Positions 8,699 through 17,857 of a DNA stretch of 36,065 nucleotides are shown one piece after another. Under the pieces are notes generated by a model, which did not search any database, had not been told where the DNA came from, and saw only the letters and a list, made by a program, of their open reading frames with translations. The translations under genes were made by a program, and so were the position numbers. This stretch comes from a virus. Its lineage: Duplodnaviria > Caudoviricetes. The stretch covers positions 1-36,065 of the IMG/VR virus record IMGVR_UViG_3300044724_006410; one strand, given 5' to 3'. The number at the start of each line of letters is the position of its first letter. Position 1 is the stretch's first letter.

Positions 8699-9409
8699 TT
8701 GTCTAGAGCAAAACGTAAAGAGCGTAGAAGTAATAATGTAATTGATTATAACAACTATGCACACAAAAAACAGGAAGTTTCCATACTTCCACGCAACATT
8801 AACCAAGAAACATATCTAGAAACACTGAAAGATAGGAAAAAAGACATTGTATTTGCAGTAGGACCCGCAGGTACAGGTAAAACCCTATTGGGTGTTATGA
8901 TGGCTATCAAAGAGTTCAAAGAGAAACAGGTAGATAAAATCGTGATCACACGTCCGGCTGTAAGCGTAGACGAACAACACGGTTTTCTTCCAGGTACACT
9001 AGAACAAAAAATGGAGCCATGGACTCGTCCTATTTTTGATGTTTTTGGTGAGTATTTTTGGAAACATGAAATAAAAGGTATGCTTGAAGAAGATATCATT
9101 GAAATATCACCTCTTGCTTATATGCGAGGTAGAACATTCAAGAATGCCTATATTATTGCGGACGAGATGCAGAATGCTACACCAAGCCAGATGAAGATGC
9201 TGTTAACCAGAATAGGTAAAGGTTCACGTATGGTAGTGACCGGAGACCTGCAACAGGCTGATAGAATGTCGTCAAATGGTTTGTTAGACTTTTGCAATAA
9301 AGTTTTACCAAGAGAGTTACAACGGTTAGCCGTTTGTAATTTTGATAAAGGAGATGTAGAAAGACACGAAGTAGTTAAAGAAGTTTTATCCATCTACGGG
9401 GAAGAATAA
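8699..9409 (+). CDS. phoH: PhoH-family ATPase
   Basis: GPAGTGKT, RPAV, GFLPG, PLAYMRGRTF, DEMQN, LTRIG, TGDLQQAD; AGGAGG SD before a TTG start. Confidence 0.95.
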   Translation: MSRAKRKERRSNNVIDYNNYAHKKQEVSILPRNINQETYLETLKDRKKDIVFAVGPAGTGKTLLGVMMAIKEFKEKQVDKIVITRPAVSVDEQHGFLPGTLEQKMEPWTRPIFDVFGEYFWKHEIKGMLEEDIIEISPLAYMRGRTFKNAYIIADEMQNATPSQMKMLLTRIGKGSRMVVTGDLQQADRMSSNGLLDFCNKVLPRELQRLAVCNFDKGDVERHEVVKEVLSIYGEE

Positions 9410-9411
9410 TC

Positions 9412-9744
9412 TTACCTGCCTGGATTTTTAGAAAATAGTTTGGTTTTGCCCGACTGCCCACTAAACTTTTCATAATCAGGCATTGGATCTTTTGCTACTG
9501 TGATATTTGGCCAGTTTCCTGTGGTAGAAAAATACTCATTGTGTTTGTACCATGGGTCGTTAACATCATCTGTTTGATAAATTGCTTCTTCAGGACATTC
9601 TGGAATACATACTCCACAGTCGATACATTCATCGGGATTGATTACTAGCATATTCTCTCCCTCATAAAAACAATCAACTGGACATACTTCAACGCAGGTT
9701 GTGTGTTTACAGTTTATACATTTGTCATCTACTAAATGTGCCAT
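9412..9744 (-). CDS. fdxA: 7Fe/8Fe ferredoxin (FdxA type)
   Basis: [43 protein letters not shown]; start reassigned to ATG 9744 (MAHLV). Confidence 0.9.
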   Translation of the reverse strand: MAHLVDDKCINCKHTTCVEVCPVDCFYEGENMLVINPDECIDCGVCIPECPEEAIYQTDDVNDPWYKHNEYFSTTGNWPNITVAKDPMPDYEKFSGQSGKTKLFSKNPGR

Positions 9745-9745
9745 A

Positions 9746-9994
9746 TTATACTCCACCCCAGTTCCATACACCTCTAATTGCTAATAACAAATACATCAAT
9801 TCCATTAATGCTCTAGGTGTATCTTTATCTTTAACTCCCATCCAAATCCAAATACTACAAGAAACTAGTGCAACTGCCCAACCTAACCATTGTACATTAG
9901 GGTTACCGCCGCTTAGTGTAAATGCACTGACCATTGCTAGTATGAAACCTAACCAACGCCAGCCATCAATCTTATGATAGTATCTTATCTTCAG
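9746..9994 (-). CDS. Small three-TM membrane protein (PnuC-half-like), probable CTG start
   Basis: The frame is open upstream of the listed Met to a CTG at 9994, giving [24 protein letters not shown]... and completing the first TM helix; an AGGA SD lies upstream. Confidence 0.6.
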   Translation of the reverse strand: MKIRYYHKIDGWRWLGFILAMVSAFTLSGGNPNVQWLGWAVALVSCSIWIWMGVKDKDTPRALMELMYLLLAIRGVWNWGGV

Positions 9995-9995
9995 A

Positions 9996-10925
9996 TCATT
10001 CCTTTCCTAGCCTTGCTAATTTAATAAGTGTAGCACTCATGTTTATTTCTGGATCAGCAACAAATGAGTGATCTACTAGTCCTTGTTTTAAAATTAAAAC
10101 TGCTTGATCTTGTTTATCTTCTTCTTTAGCAAACACATCTAAGTTGTCATAGCACCAACGGAAAATATCTTCCATTTCCTCTGGTCTTGCTTGACTACAG
10201 ACAAGTTTACGTGCTTCTTGAATCTTGCCTGCTTTAAACAGTTCTACCATTTCAACTTTGTAATCACTTTCTCCAGTGTCACCTTTTTGTGGCGGAAGTA
10301 ATTTACCTGTTGTACTATTCATTTGACACATATTGATACACTTACGCATATCAGGATATGTTGCTTTTACAAACGTATCAAGAACATCTAAATCCGGTTC
10401 AACACCTTCTTCTAGCAGGATAGTGGCTATACGTGCTGTGAACTCTGTTTGATCAACATTTGTAATATGAAATCCCTGACAACGTGAATGTAGTGCAGGA
10501 ATAATTCTGTTAGGATAGTTACAGGTTAAAATAAATCTTGCTGTGTTATGGTATTCTTCCATAACTCCACGCAATGCGGCTTGTGCGTTTGGCGACAAGT
10601 AATCCGCCTCATCTAGTAAAACAACTTTAAAGTCACCAAATGGAATCATCTGTACAAAGTTAACAATTTTGTCTCGCACATCTTCAACACTGTTTGTACG
10701 TGATGCGTTAATCTCTAATACATCATATTCGTTAATTTCTAGTTCATTTAGCAACACCTTTGCAAGTGTTGTTTTACCTATACCAGCGTGTCCACTAAAC
10801 AGCAAGTGTGGAATGCTTTTGTCTTTTACCCAACCATTTACTTGGTCTTTTTGTGCCTTATCTCTAAAAACATAGTCCTTTACTTCTTTAGGACGATATT
10901 TTTCTACCCATAAATCTTTAGCCAT
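9996..10925 (-). CDS. Sliding-clamp loader ATPase subunit (RFC small / T4 gp44-like)
   Basis: LWVEKYRP, GHAGIGKTT, EINAS, LDEAD, AQAALR, SRC motif. Confidence 0.92.
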   Translation of the reverse strand: MAKDLWVEKYRPKEVKDYVFRDKAQKDQVNGWVKDKSIPHLLFSGHAGIGKTTLAKVLLNELEINEYDVLEINASRTNSVEDVRDKIVNFVQMIPFGDFKVVLLDEADYLSPNAQAALRGVMEEYHNTARFILTCNYPNRIIPALHSRCQGFHITNVDQTEFTARIATILLEEGVEPDLDVLDTFVKATYPDMRKCINMCQMNSTTGKLLPPQKGDTGESDYKVEMVELFKAGKIQEARKLVCSQARPEEMEDIFRWCYDNLDVFAKEEDKQDQAVLILKQGLVDHSFVADPEINMSATLIKLARLGKE

Positions 10926-11328
10926 TTTGTTCTATCCTTTTTCTTAATCCACTTGTACTAAATGAATGTTGCCTTTTATTATAATATATTTCTATGCCTT
11001 TGTCAACACATAATTGCTTGCCTGTGAACTGTTTGGTTTTATATTCTTCACCTACAAATCGAACACCAATATCGTATGTTAAAAGGATATCAACCAAATC
11101 CTTTTCGGTTTCATAAGGAATAATTTCATTTATGTACTTGCACCCTTCTAATTGTACATAGCGTTCAAAAACACTTTGAATTGGCTTGTTCTTTTCGGGT
11201 CTATCTATAGTAGGATCGGTTTGTAACCCAACTATCAAATAATCGCAGTTCTCTCTTGCTTCTTTTAGCATAGCAACATGTCCACTATGGAAAAGATCAA
11301 AAGCAGAAAATGTAATACCTTTTTTCAT
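10918..11328 (-). CDS. Cytidylyltransferase (TagD/glycerol-3-phosphate CT-like)
   Basis: FDLFHSGH (HxGH), LIVGLQTD, RQHSFSTS. Confidence 0.88.
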   Translation of the reverse strand: MKKGITFSAFDLFHSGHVAMLKEARENCDYLIVGLQTDPTIDRPEKNKPIQSVFERYVQLEGCKYINEIIPYETEKDLVDILLTYDIGVRFVGEEYKTKQFTGKQLCVDKGIEIYYNKRQHSFSTSGLRKRIEQNG

Positions 11329-11591
11329 TAGTGTAAAGTTTTACCTGTTGGATCATCATCGGATAATAAGTTATCGAAAACTTCTTCTAGTATTGCATAG
11401 TAATCTTCGTCATCTAAATTTTCACGCCAAAGTTTTATTGCACTTGCAAATAGATAACTTGCAATTACCATTTGATCGTCATAGTAATCATCTAAAAGTT
11501 TATCAACTGCGTCGTGAACACTAGTATAGATTTCATCATCATTTGTACTCATTATATTATTATACATATCCTTATTCGTTATGTCAAGCAA
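11328..11591 (-). CDS. Acidic hypothetical protein
   Basis: 87 aa ORF overlapping both neighbours by 1-8 nt. Confidence 0.6.
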   Translation of the reverse strand: MLDITNKDMYNNIMSTNDDEIYTSVHDAVDKLLDDYYDDQMVIASYLFASAIKLWRENLDDEDYYAILEEVFDNLLSDDDPTGKTLH

Positions 11592-12012
11592 TTCGTTGCC
11601 AAACGTTATCTACTGTAAATTTAAAACTACCTTTACAATCCCAATATGTTACACGTTCTGGTTCAATAATACTCAAAAACAACTTATCATCTGCACCTAC
11701 GTACAAATGATATGTCTTACCAACTATTGGTATGAAATTATATTTTGCATTATATACTAATTCTGTATCTTCTGCAAGAGAAACAAGTTTAAAATATTCC
11801 TCTTTTAATTCGTTAAAACGTGTTTCGAGATGATGTATAGCATTTGTACCACGTTCGTTCTTATGTTTAAGGATGTCAGGTACTGTAAATGCCGGCGCAC
11901 CTACATTTGTGGGATACGGTAGCGATTGTGGATTATCCGCTACCATATCTGACTTCTTCTTAGAGATCGCCGTCTTTTCTGTTTTCTGAGTAGTGGACAT
12001 CAAATTCGCCAC
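11584..12012 (-). CDS. DUF2452-like protein (true start probably downstream of 12012)
   Basis: LPYPTNVGAPAF and VYNAKYNFIPIVGKTYHLY resemble DUF2452 from memory. Confidence 0.65.
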   Translation of the reverse strand: MANLMSTTQKTEKTAISKKKSDMVADNPQSLPYPTNVGAPAFTVPDILKHKNERGTNAIHHLETRFNELKEEYFKLVSLAEDTELVYNAKYNFIPIVGKTYHLYVGADDKLFLSIIEPERVTYWDCKGSFKFTVDNVWQRIA

Positions 12013-12373
12013 CTGGGTAACGTGCCTTTAGTTTGTTAACATTCTCTGCTACGACTTCATTAGGATCGAGCCCCAATGCACGGCAACTATTAATCCAATA
12101 CCACATAATATCGCCAAGTTCTCGTTTGCAATGAAAGACAGTTTCATCATCCATTGGTTTACCTTGGAAGATACATTTTTTAACAATTTCACTAAACTCT
12201 CCTCCTTCTGAAGCAATACCAATTGCTCCTGTTAGTAGCAATGCAACATTAACATTTGAATTGTTTGCTTCAATGTCTTTTGCTCTATAGAACATTTCAC
12301 TTAGTTGATTGCTTTCTTTACTTGTGACTTGTTCTACAAATTCTTTGTATTTGTTTAGGTCGACGTTTGCCAA
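11960..12373 (-). CDS. mazG: MazG-like nucleoside triphosphate pyrophosphohydrolase
   Basis: GIASEGGEFSEIVKK...ELGDIMWY...NVNKLKARYP. Confidence 0.88.
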   Translation of the reverse strand: MANVDLNKYKEFVEQVTSKESNQLSEMFYRAKDIEANNSNVNVALLLTGAIGIASEGGEFSEIVKKCIFQGKPMDDETVFHCKRELGDIMWYWINSCRALGLDPNEVVAENVNKLKARYPGGEFDVHYSENRKDGDL

Positions 12374-12589
12374 TTACTTCTCCTCTGGCTTTTGATGTTC
12401 CCAATAAATGAATTTTTCACCTGTTTCCTGATTTACTACAGGTAGTGAATATTTGTATTCATCGGCTTTCTGTTTTCCTACGTATTCAAACTTATAGCCT
12501 TGTTCGCGTTCTTTTTTAACTTCTGCGAAAAAGGCTGAGTTGTCATACATAAACAAACCAGTTATGGTCACTAATACTGCTGTGAACAT
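12374..12589 (-). CDS. Small protein with N-terminal hydrophobic anchor
   Basis: 71 aa ORF with GAGGAG SD. Confidence 0.6.
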   Translation of the reverse strand: MFTAVLVTITGLFMYDNSAFFAEVKKEREQGYKFEYVGKQKADEYKYSLPVVNQETGEKFIYWEHQKPEEK

Positions 12590-12591
12590 TT

Positions 12592-13065
12592 TTACTCCTC
12601 TGTTACTTGTTTAGGTGCTTTTCTAATTGTAATTGCAGGACCGTCTGAAGCATTATCCATTGCTTCACGTTTCTCTTTGAGATATTGTGTTGACTCTCTA
12701 TGCAATGTAATCCATTCTGTAACTTCTGCTGGTTCGTCTTCAGTAACCATTAGAATAGCGTCTGTGTCTGCTTTTCTAATAATCCATTCAACACCGTCAG
12801 TGTCTTCGATATGAATACCTCTCGACCAGCGACCGTGCTCTAACAATACCCAATCACCGATCTTAATTTCGTCTTGATGTTTGTAACTTGGACCAATTGA
12901 AAATACTTGTCCCCAACGAGGTTTAATGCCACGTTCTTTACCGTCATCTGAACTAATGATTAAACCACCTTTAGTTTTTTCCTCGCCAAAATACATATTC
13001 GTTAATAGAATATCTTCACCTTTGGCTTTAACATTACCTTTATGTATTGTCATTGATGCTGGCAT
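12592..13065 (-). CDS. groES: GroES/Cpn10-like co-chaperonin with C-terminal extension
   Basis: EEKTKGGLII mobile loop, GQVFSIGP, IKIGDWVL, DAILMV. Confidence 0.8.
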   Translation of the reverse strand: MPASMTIHKGNVKAKGEDILLTNMYFGEEKTKGGLIISSDDGKERGIKPRWGQVFSIGPSYKHQDEIKIGDWVLLEHGRWSRGIHIEDTDGVEWIIRKADTDAILMVTEDEPAEVTEWITLHRESTQYLKEKREAMDNASDGPAITIRKAPKQVTEE

Positions 13066-13512
13066 TTATTCTTCTCCTGTTGCTTCTTCAATACCACTAC
13101 GTCTACGTCTTGCTCTTTGTACTGCTTCAATTGTTTTTTCAGCAACTTTTTCTTCAACTTTAGCAAGTGTTTCGTTTTCCATTTCAGGTGCTTTAGGCTC
13201 TTCCACGTTTTCTTCTACAACTGTTGATACTAGAGTATCTTCAATCTTTAAATTTTGTGGCGGCGGCACAGCACTACCTTGTGTTGTTTCTGCTTTTACT
13301 TTTGCATTAGGATCTGGAGCCGCATTTGGATTTGCTTCGTAATATTCAGCCATAATTTGCTCTCTAGTACGTACAACTTTCCCGGCTGGGCCAAGTTCGT
13401 CACCACGTGCATTTACTTTCATGTTTCCTACAGCAGGCATGAGTTCATTTTGGGCACGGAGTTTTTCCATGTCAATTTGTCTGCCCTGCATTGATCTATA
13501 TGTTTTTCCCAT
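13066..13512 (-). CDS. Hypothetical protein with low-complexity C-terminal half
   Basis: 148 aa ORF with AGGAGG SD and TAAGTA at 13532-13537. Confidence 0.7.
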   Translation of the reverse strand: MGKTYRSMQGRQIDMEKLRAQNELMPAVGNMKVNARGDELGPAGKVVRTREQIMAEYYEANPNAAPDPNAKVKAETTQGSAVPPPQNLKIEDTLVSTVVEENVEEPKAPEMENETLAKVEEKVAEKTIEAVQRARRRRSGIEEATGEE

Positions 13513-13548
13513 ATTGCCTCCTTAATAATAGTACTTATGTAGAAGAAA

Positions 13549-14118
13549 TTACCTTAAAAATTCTTCTGGATTTAGATCATATTTGATACTGTCTACTTTA
13601 TGTACACCCATCAAATACAATACATAACTTGCTACCGAACTTCCTCTACCTACACCCCAAATTAAATTATTGTTTCGAAGTGTATCAATAATGTATTTTA
13701 AACATTTTAAAACATCTATCATAGCATGTGATCTGTATAATTCTAGTTCTTTTTGCACACGTTCAGTTTCTGCAGGTGTTTTGCATAAGTCTAACACATA
13801 CTGTTCAATATCAATATCTTTATATTCTTGCGGAATAAACCAATTTTCTCTATTGCGTTGATCAAACCCATCACGATCTACGTCATCTTCTTGTGTATTA
13901 AACTTTTGAAAATTGTCTTTATTTAAATTAACAAACTGATTATACTTCTTTATATCATCTGTATTTTTTACAATACAGGATTGAGCATTTTCTTGTTTGC
14001 CTTGATATAACAGTTCAAGTATATTAGTTTCGTCTAAGACTGTCTTGCCGTTAGAATTAACTTCTACCGCCGTCCAAGATGGTTGGTTTGAATTCTTTTT
14101 TAGGTGCATTTGATCCAT
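13549..14118 (-). CDS. DNA polymerase III alpha (DnaE) fragment, N-terminal part of the palm
   Basis: RVQKELELY...WGVGRGSSVASYVLYLMGVHKVDSIKYDLNPEEFLR matches the DnaE GxGRGS...GIT.IDP..YDL.FERFL region; stops before the catalytic PDxDxD. Confidence 0.8.
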   Translation of the reverse strand: MDQMHLKKNSNQPSWTAVEVNSNGKTVLDETNILELLYQGKQENAQSCIVKNTDDIKKYNQFVNLNKDNFQKFNTQEDDVDRDGFDQRNRENWFIPQEYKDIDIEQYVLDLCKTPAETERVQKELELYRSHAMIDVLKCLKYIIDTLRNNNLIWGVGRGSSVASYVLYLMGVHKVDSIKYDLNPEEFLR

Positions 14119-14689
14119 ATCCTAAATCTCTCCAACTCTTAGCACCTTGCCAGTATTCGTCTTCACCAATAACTTGATCAAAAGTTGCAGTGTCATTTCT
14201 TTCCCACCAAGGCTTTTCAATAATTTTTTTATTCCATTCATCTGTATTCAAACTACTGTTTTCATAACTATCAGTATCTACTGTATATTGTACATTATCT
14301 CCCAACTTGCTGTCAAGAGTTATTTGTCCAAAATGGATATATTTTCCTGCTATTGATTTGCATTTATGGAATAGTGTAATTGCCAATAATTGATCATATG
14401 GATTGCCCGGCAACAAAATTTTGTTTACAGGCATTTTGAAAAAGACATTTTCTAAAGGACTTTTTGGTTTTAAAATTACACTGTTTTCACACAGTTTGTG
14501 AAACAAATATTTTATTCTTTCGAAACTATTGTTTTGTAATTTAATATCTGTTATTTTTGGTAGGAAACTTATTTTTACATTATAAGCATTAGGAAACACA
14601 GTATCGTCTATTACAACGATTGAATCAAATTGTGTTTCCCATGAAAAAAAGTTTGCTACTAAATCTTTATCGCTATTGTTTGTCAACAT
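14057..14689 (-). CDS. Hypothetical protein, possible degenerate QueD/T-fold
   Basis: 210 aa ORF; layout resembles QueD (YNVKISF; NPYDQLLA..LF; terminal strand pair) but lacks the Zn-binding His residues. Confidence 0.5.
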   Translation of the reverse strand: MLTNNSDKDLVANFFSWETQFDSIVVIDDTVFPNAYNVKISFLPKITDIKLQNNSFERIKYLFHKLCENSVILKPKSPLENVFFKMPVNKILLPGNPYDQLLAITLFHKCKSIAGKYIHFGQITLDSKLGDNVQYTVDTDSYENSSLNTDEWNKKIIEKPWWERNDTATFDQVIGEDEYWQGAKSWRDLGYGSNAPKKEFKPTILDGGRS

Positions 14690-14933
14690 TTACTAACTCA
14701 TTTAAATCGGTTTCAACTTCTTCTTTTGCTTGAGAAATAGTTTCTTGATACTGTTTTCTCAAACGCCTAGTTTGTTCTTCCTTGTAAGTAGTTAGTAGCA
14801 TTTGCATTTGTCCTAGCACAGACTGATTACTATATCGACTCGCTAGAAGGTATTTCTTAGAGAGGTCTCTAACTTTTTCTTCCAATTCGTCGTCTTTAAG
14901 AAGTGTTACGTCTTCTTGTAGTGGATGTAGCAT
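14673..14933 (-). CDS. Helical/coiled-coil hypothetical protein
   Basis: 86 aa ORF with TAATG coupling. Confidence 0.65.
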   Translation of the reverse strand: MLHPLQEDVTLLKDDELEEKVRDLSKKYLLASRYSNQSVLGQMQMLLTTYKEEQTRRLRKQYQETISQAKEEVETDLNELVNVDKQ

Positions 14934-15565
14934 TATGGAGTATAAGTGTACTTGCCTACGTAATCAACAAAAAGGTTTGCAGGTACACCCCCTGAAGTTG
15001 ACCAAGTCCATACATCAAACACGTATCTAGAGTTATCATCTTTAGTTAAGTCCATTGGAAAACTTAATGCAGAACTCTCATCATTTGGTAATGATTGTTT
15101 AAAGTATACAGGTGATCCGCCGATGTTGATTTCAAATGCTCTTGCAGTTTTTCCAGCATCGCCGCCTTCTTGACTTGTGATTTCTAATCTAATATGTGTA
15201 AGTGTATCGTTTGGTCCAAAGTTTCTAAAGTTAATACTATTAACGTCATCTTTTTCAATTTGTAGTGTAAGTCTTTGATAAGAACCTGCACTAAAATCAA
15301 TCACGTCATCAGTGTTATTAATAATATTTTGATTTGTTTTTTGTGTTATATCTTTAGTAACTGCATTACTAATTACTCCGCCATTAAAATCATTATCTGA
15401 TGTTAATGATGGTGAATTGTTTTGTAAGTCAGTGATTTCACTTTTTGCAACACCTATTGCAGTTTTGATGTTTTGAAAGTTATCTCTGAATCCTTGTGAA
15501 TCATTGTCCTGTCCAGCGACTGGATACGTTTCATCAATGTTATTTGTGTCTATATTACTTGCCAT
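14933..15565 (-). CDS. Virion structural protein (putative tail/baseplate)
   Basis: N-terminal GQDNDSQGFRDNF..IK motif plus short coil, beta-rich C-terminus, last gene of the structural block. Confidence 0.6.
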   Translation of the reverse strand: MASNIDTNNIDETYPVAGQDNDSQGFRDNFQNIKTAIGVAKSEITDLQNNSPSLTSDNDFNGGVISNAVTKDITQKTNQNIINNTDDVIDFSAGSYQRLTLQIEKDDVNSINFRNFGPNDTLTHIRLEITSQEGGDAGKTARAFEINIGGSPVYFKQSLPNDESSALSFPMDLTKDDNSRYVFDVWTWSTSGGVPANLFVDYVGKYTYTP

Positions 15566-15566
15566 A

Positions 15567-17822
15567 TTAAATTACCTTCCTTTTTGGAAATGCAATGTAT
15601 TTATTACCTTTTTGTCCCTCAACACTATCTATGGTTAAGCGGTCTATATCAAAGTTAATGCGTTTGAAGTCAAATTCACTATCTTCAATATTCTTAATAA
15701 TACTTATGCTAGTACCAGGCTTAACATACGCAATCGGGACTGCTTTTATATATCCTAAACTAGTACCCGATTCAGGCTGAATACTACGCATCCAAAGGGG
15801 TAGGAATCCATCATTAATCTGAATCAATGTACTGTCATTTTCAGGATACATTTGGGCAAAACGCTCCTTCATAGCAGTTGTGCTGTTAGGATAAACAAAC
15901 TTTTCAACTAGTTGATCTACTGTAATCAAGTTAGTTGATACTTTAAACTTATCCTGACTAGTATCAATTGTTTTGCTATCGCCACTTATTGATACTCTGC
16001 TACTAACGTATTTGTCTCCACGTTCAAGTTCATCTACCATTTCCACATAGATGATCTCATATATTACTTTGTTATTACTATTTTTTGCAACAGCACTTTT
16101 GATAGCACCGAAGCGATAATTTTTTCTACTAAAGTTACGGGCAAGTGTTGGAACATATTTTTCAATAGCCAACGTTTCTATACCATGTTGTAACAGCATA
16201 GATAAATTCTTTTGAATTCCAAACTGTTCATCAGCAGGTCTGTACAAACTATTTAGAGTAAAGATTTTGTCATCTGTAATAAAGTTGTAGTAGTACAGTC
16301 TGCTTTCTTTTGATAACAATGGTCTTAAAAAGATATTGCTGTACTGTGTTAAACTATCAGCACTAATACTTACTTTAAAATCTTTTGTGACTGCACTAGC
16401 AAGATAGTAATCTTTAGCCTGTACAGTAAATCTGTATTCTTTATCAATTGATGTAGAACCGCCATCAAGTAGAAAAGTGTTAAGACCAAAACTATTTAGG
16501 TCAATAGTTGTTAAACCGTTTTGCTGTCCTGTATCTGGAATTTGTTGTACTTTACCAATTAGTGTTCCGTCGCCTGCAAGTTTAATGCCTGGCGGTAAGT
16601 TACCACTTACAAGACTGTATCTTACGTCAGCGTTTGGTAGTGTTGTTTCAGCAACAACTTGTAATGTACTATACTGATTAGGAATAAGTGTACCAACAAG
16701 TTCGTTGCTTGTAAATTTAATTGTACTATCAACTTCGCCCTGTATCTTGATAATAAATGTTCTTTGACTAAATGTTTGTTCACCGTTTACACTGTCAGTT
16801 CTAGTTGCTCTTACTCTAAAAGTAAATGTTTCTGTAACAGCCGGTTGGTAAGGTACTTTACCAAAAAGCACTCCGTTGGTACTATCAATGTCTAATCCTT
16901 TTGGTAAAGCACTTGGTGTGCTATCTTCTAGAGGAACAATTTCATAAACTACATCACCACTATATTGATTAGGATCATAAACTTCTAATGGAATGGTTAC
17001 ATAATTGTTTGATCTGCGTATTCCAAGATTACCTGTTGTTAACCAAATAGGTGCTCTTAGATATGTTGCACTTGATAAAAGTGTTTCACTATCAATACTA
17101 ATAAGTGTAGTATCTGTTCTAAACTGTTGTTCGTTAATAACAAAGATTCTAAATTTTCTTCGTTCTCTAGTAATACCATCACTTACAGTAACTTCGAATT
17201 CATAGTATCGTGAAAGGTACTTTGGTACTGCATCACCTTCTTCTGTTCCGCCACCGTAATCATAAGGAAATGCATCAAACTGTTGTTGGTCGTAATTTGC
17301 GTTTGTTGCCTTATAATCTAGTGTAAGTGGAGCATTAATAATACCTGTAAGTTTTCCATCTCTACTTAAAATAATACCAGGCGGTAGACTACCACTTAGG
17401 TCATCTAGATAAAATTCTAGTTCATCGCCGGCACTTAGATCTAAATCACTCGCACTTAATTGATAATCAATTGGCGACTTGTTCATAATAAAATATTCGC
17501 CATTCGGACCAATATCTAACGTACCTTGAGGTGTTAACCAAATTGGTGGATCTTCACCTTCTACTGTTAGTGTAAATGTTCTGTCAATTGATCCTTCGCT
17601 ATTACTTGCTCTAATTACAAATTCGTATCTTGTTGATTTTGCGACATCAAAAGGAGTACCAACTAAACTGGTTCCTTGCAAACGCATACCAGCCGGTAGT
17701 GTTCCGCTTATTAATTTAAGTGTTACATTATCGCCTGAGGTACTAAGGCTAATATTTTGTGTTTCTTTTTCTTGAATAGTACCAAGGCTACCTGCTTGTG
17801 TGATCCATGTAGGTTTAGACAT
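15567..17822 (-). CDS. Virion protein with tandem Ig-like (putative Ig/cadherin-like) repeats
   Basis: Repeated xGxLPxGxxL...G motif (SGTLPAGMRL, SGSLPPGIIL, SALPKGLDI, SGNLPPGIKL) with PxWxT starts; TAAATA (17840-17845) and AGGAG upstream. Confidence 0.75.
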   Translation of the reverse strand: MSKPTWITQAGSLGTIQEKETQNISLSTSGDNVTLKLISGTLPAGMRLQGTSLVGTPFDVAKSTRYEFVIRASNSEGSIDRTFTLTVEGEDPPIWLTPQGTLDIGPNGEYFIMNKSPIDYQLSASDLDLSAGDELEFYLDDLSGSLPPGIILSRDGKLTGIINAPLTLDYKATNANYDQQQFDAFPYDYGGGTEEGDAVPKYLSRYYEFEVTVSDGITRERRKFRIFVINEQQFRTDTTLISIDSETLLSSATYLRAPIWLTTGNLGIRRSNNYVTIPLEVYDPNQYSGDVVYEIVPLEDSTPSALPKGLDIDSTNGVLFGKVPYQPAVTETFTFRVRATRTDSVNGEQTFSQRTFIIKIQGEVDSTIKFTSNELVGTLIPNQYSTLQVVAETTLPNADVRYSLVSGNLPPGIKLAGDGTLIGKVQQIPDTGQQNGLTTIDLNSFGLNTFLLDGGSTSIDKEYRFTVQAKDYYLASAVTKDFKVSISADSLTQYSNIFLRPLLSKESRLYYYNFITDDKIFTLNSLYRPADEQFGIQKNLSMLLQHGIETLAIEKYVPTLARNFSRKNYRFGAIKSAVAKNSNNKVIYEIIYVEMVDELERGDKYVSSRVSISGDSKTIDTSQDKFKVSTNLITVDQLVEKFVYPNSTTAMKERFAQMYPENDSTLIQINDGFLPLWMRSIQPESGTSLGYIKAVPIAYVKPGTSISIIKNIEDSEFDFKRINFDIDRLTIDSVEGQKGNKYIAFPKRKVI

Positions 17823-17857
17823 TATTCACTCCTTGCAAGTATTTATTTTGCTGTATA

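Noticed and set aside
8594-9393. Minus-strand ORFs 8594..8806, 8755..9099 and 9148..9393
   Set aside because: They are antisense to phoH and have no recognisable features.
13513-13560. Frameshift, intron or intein continuing the DnaE fragment
   Set aside because: The gap is only 36 nt and holds a promoter motif and SD for an unrelated gene; I saw no DxD catalytic motif downstream.
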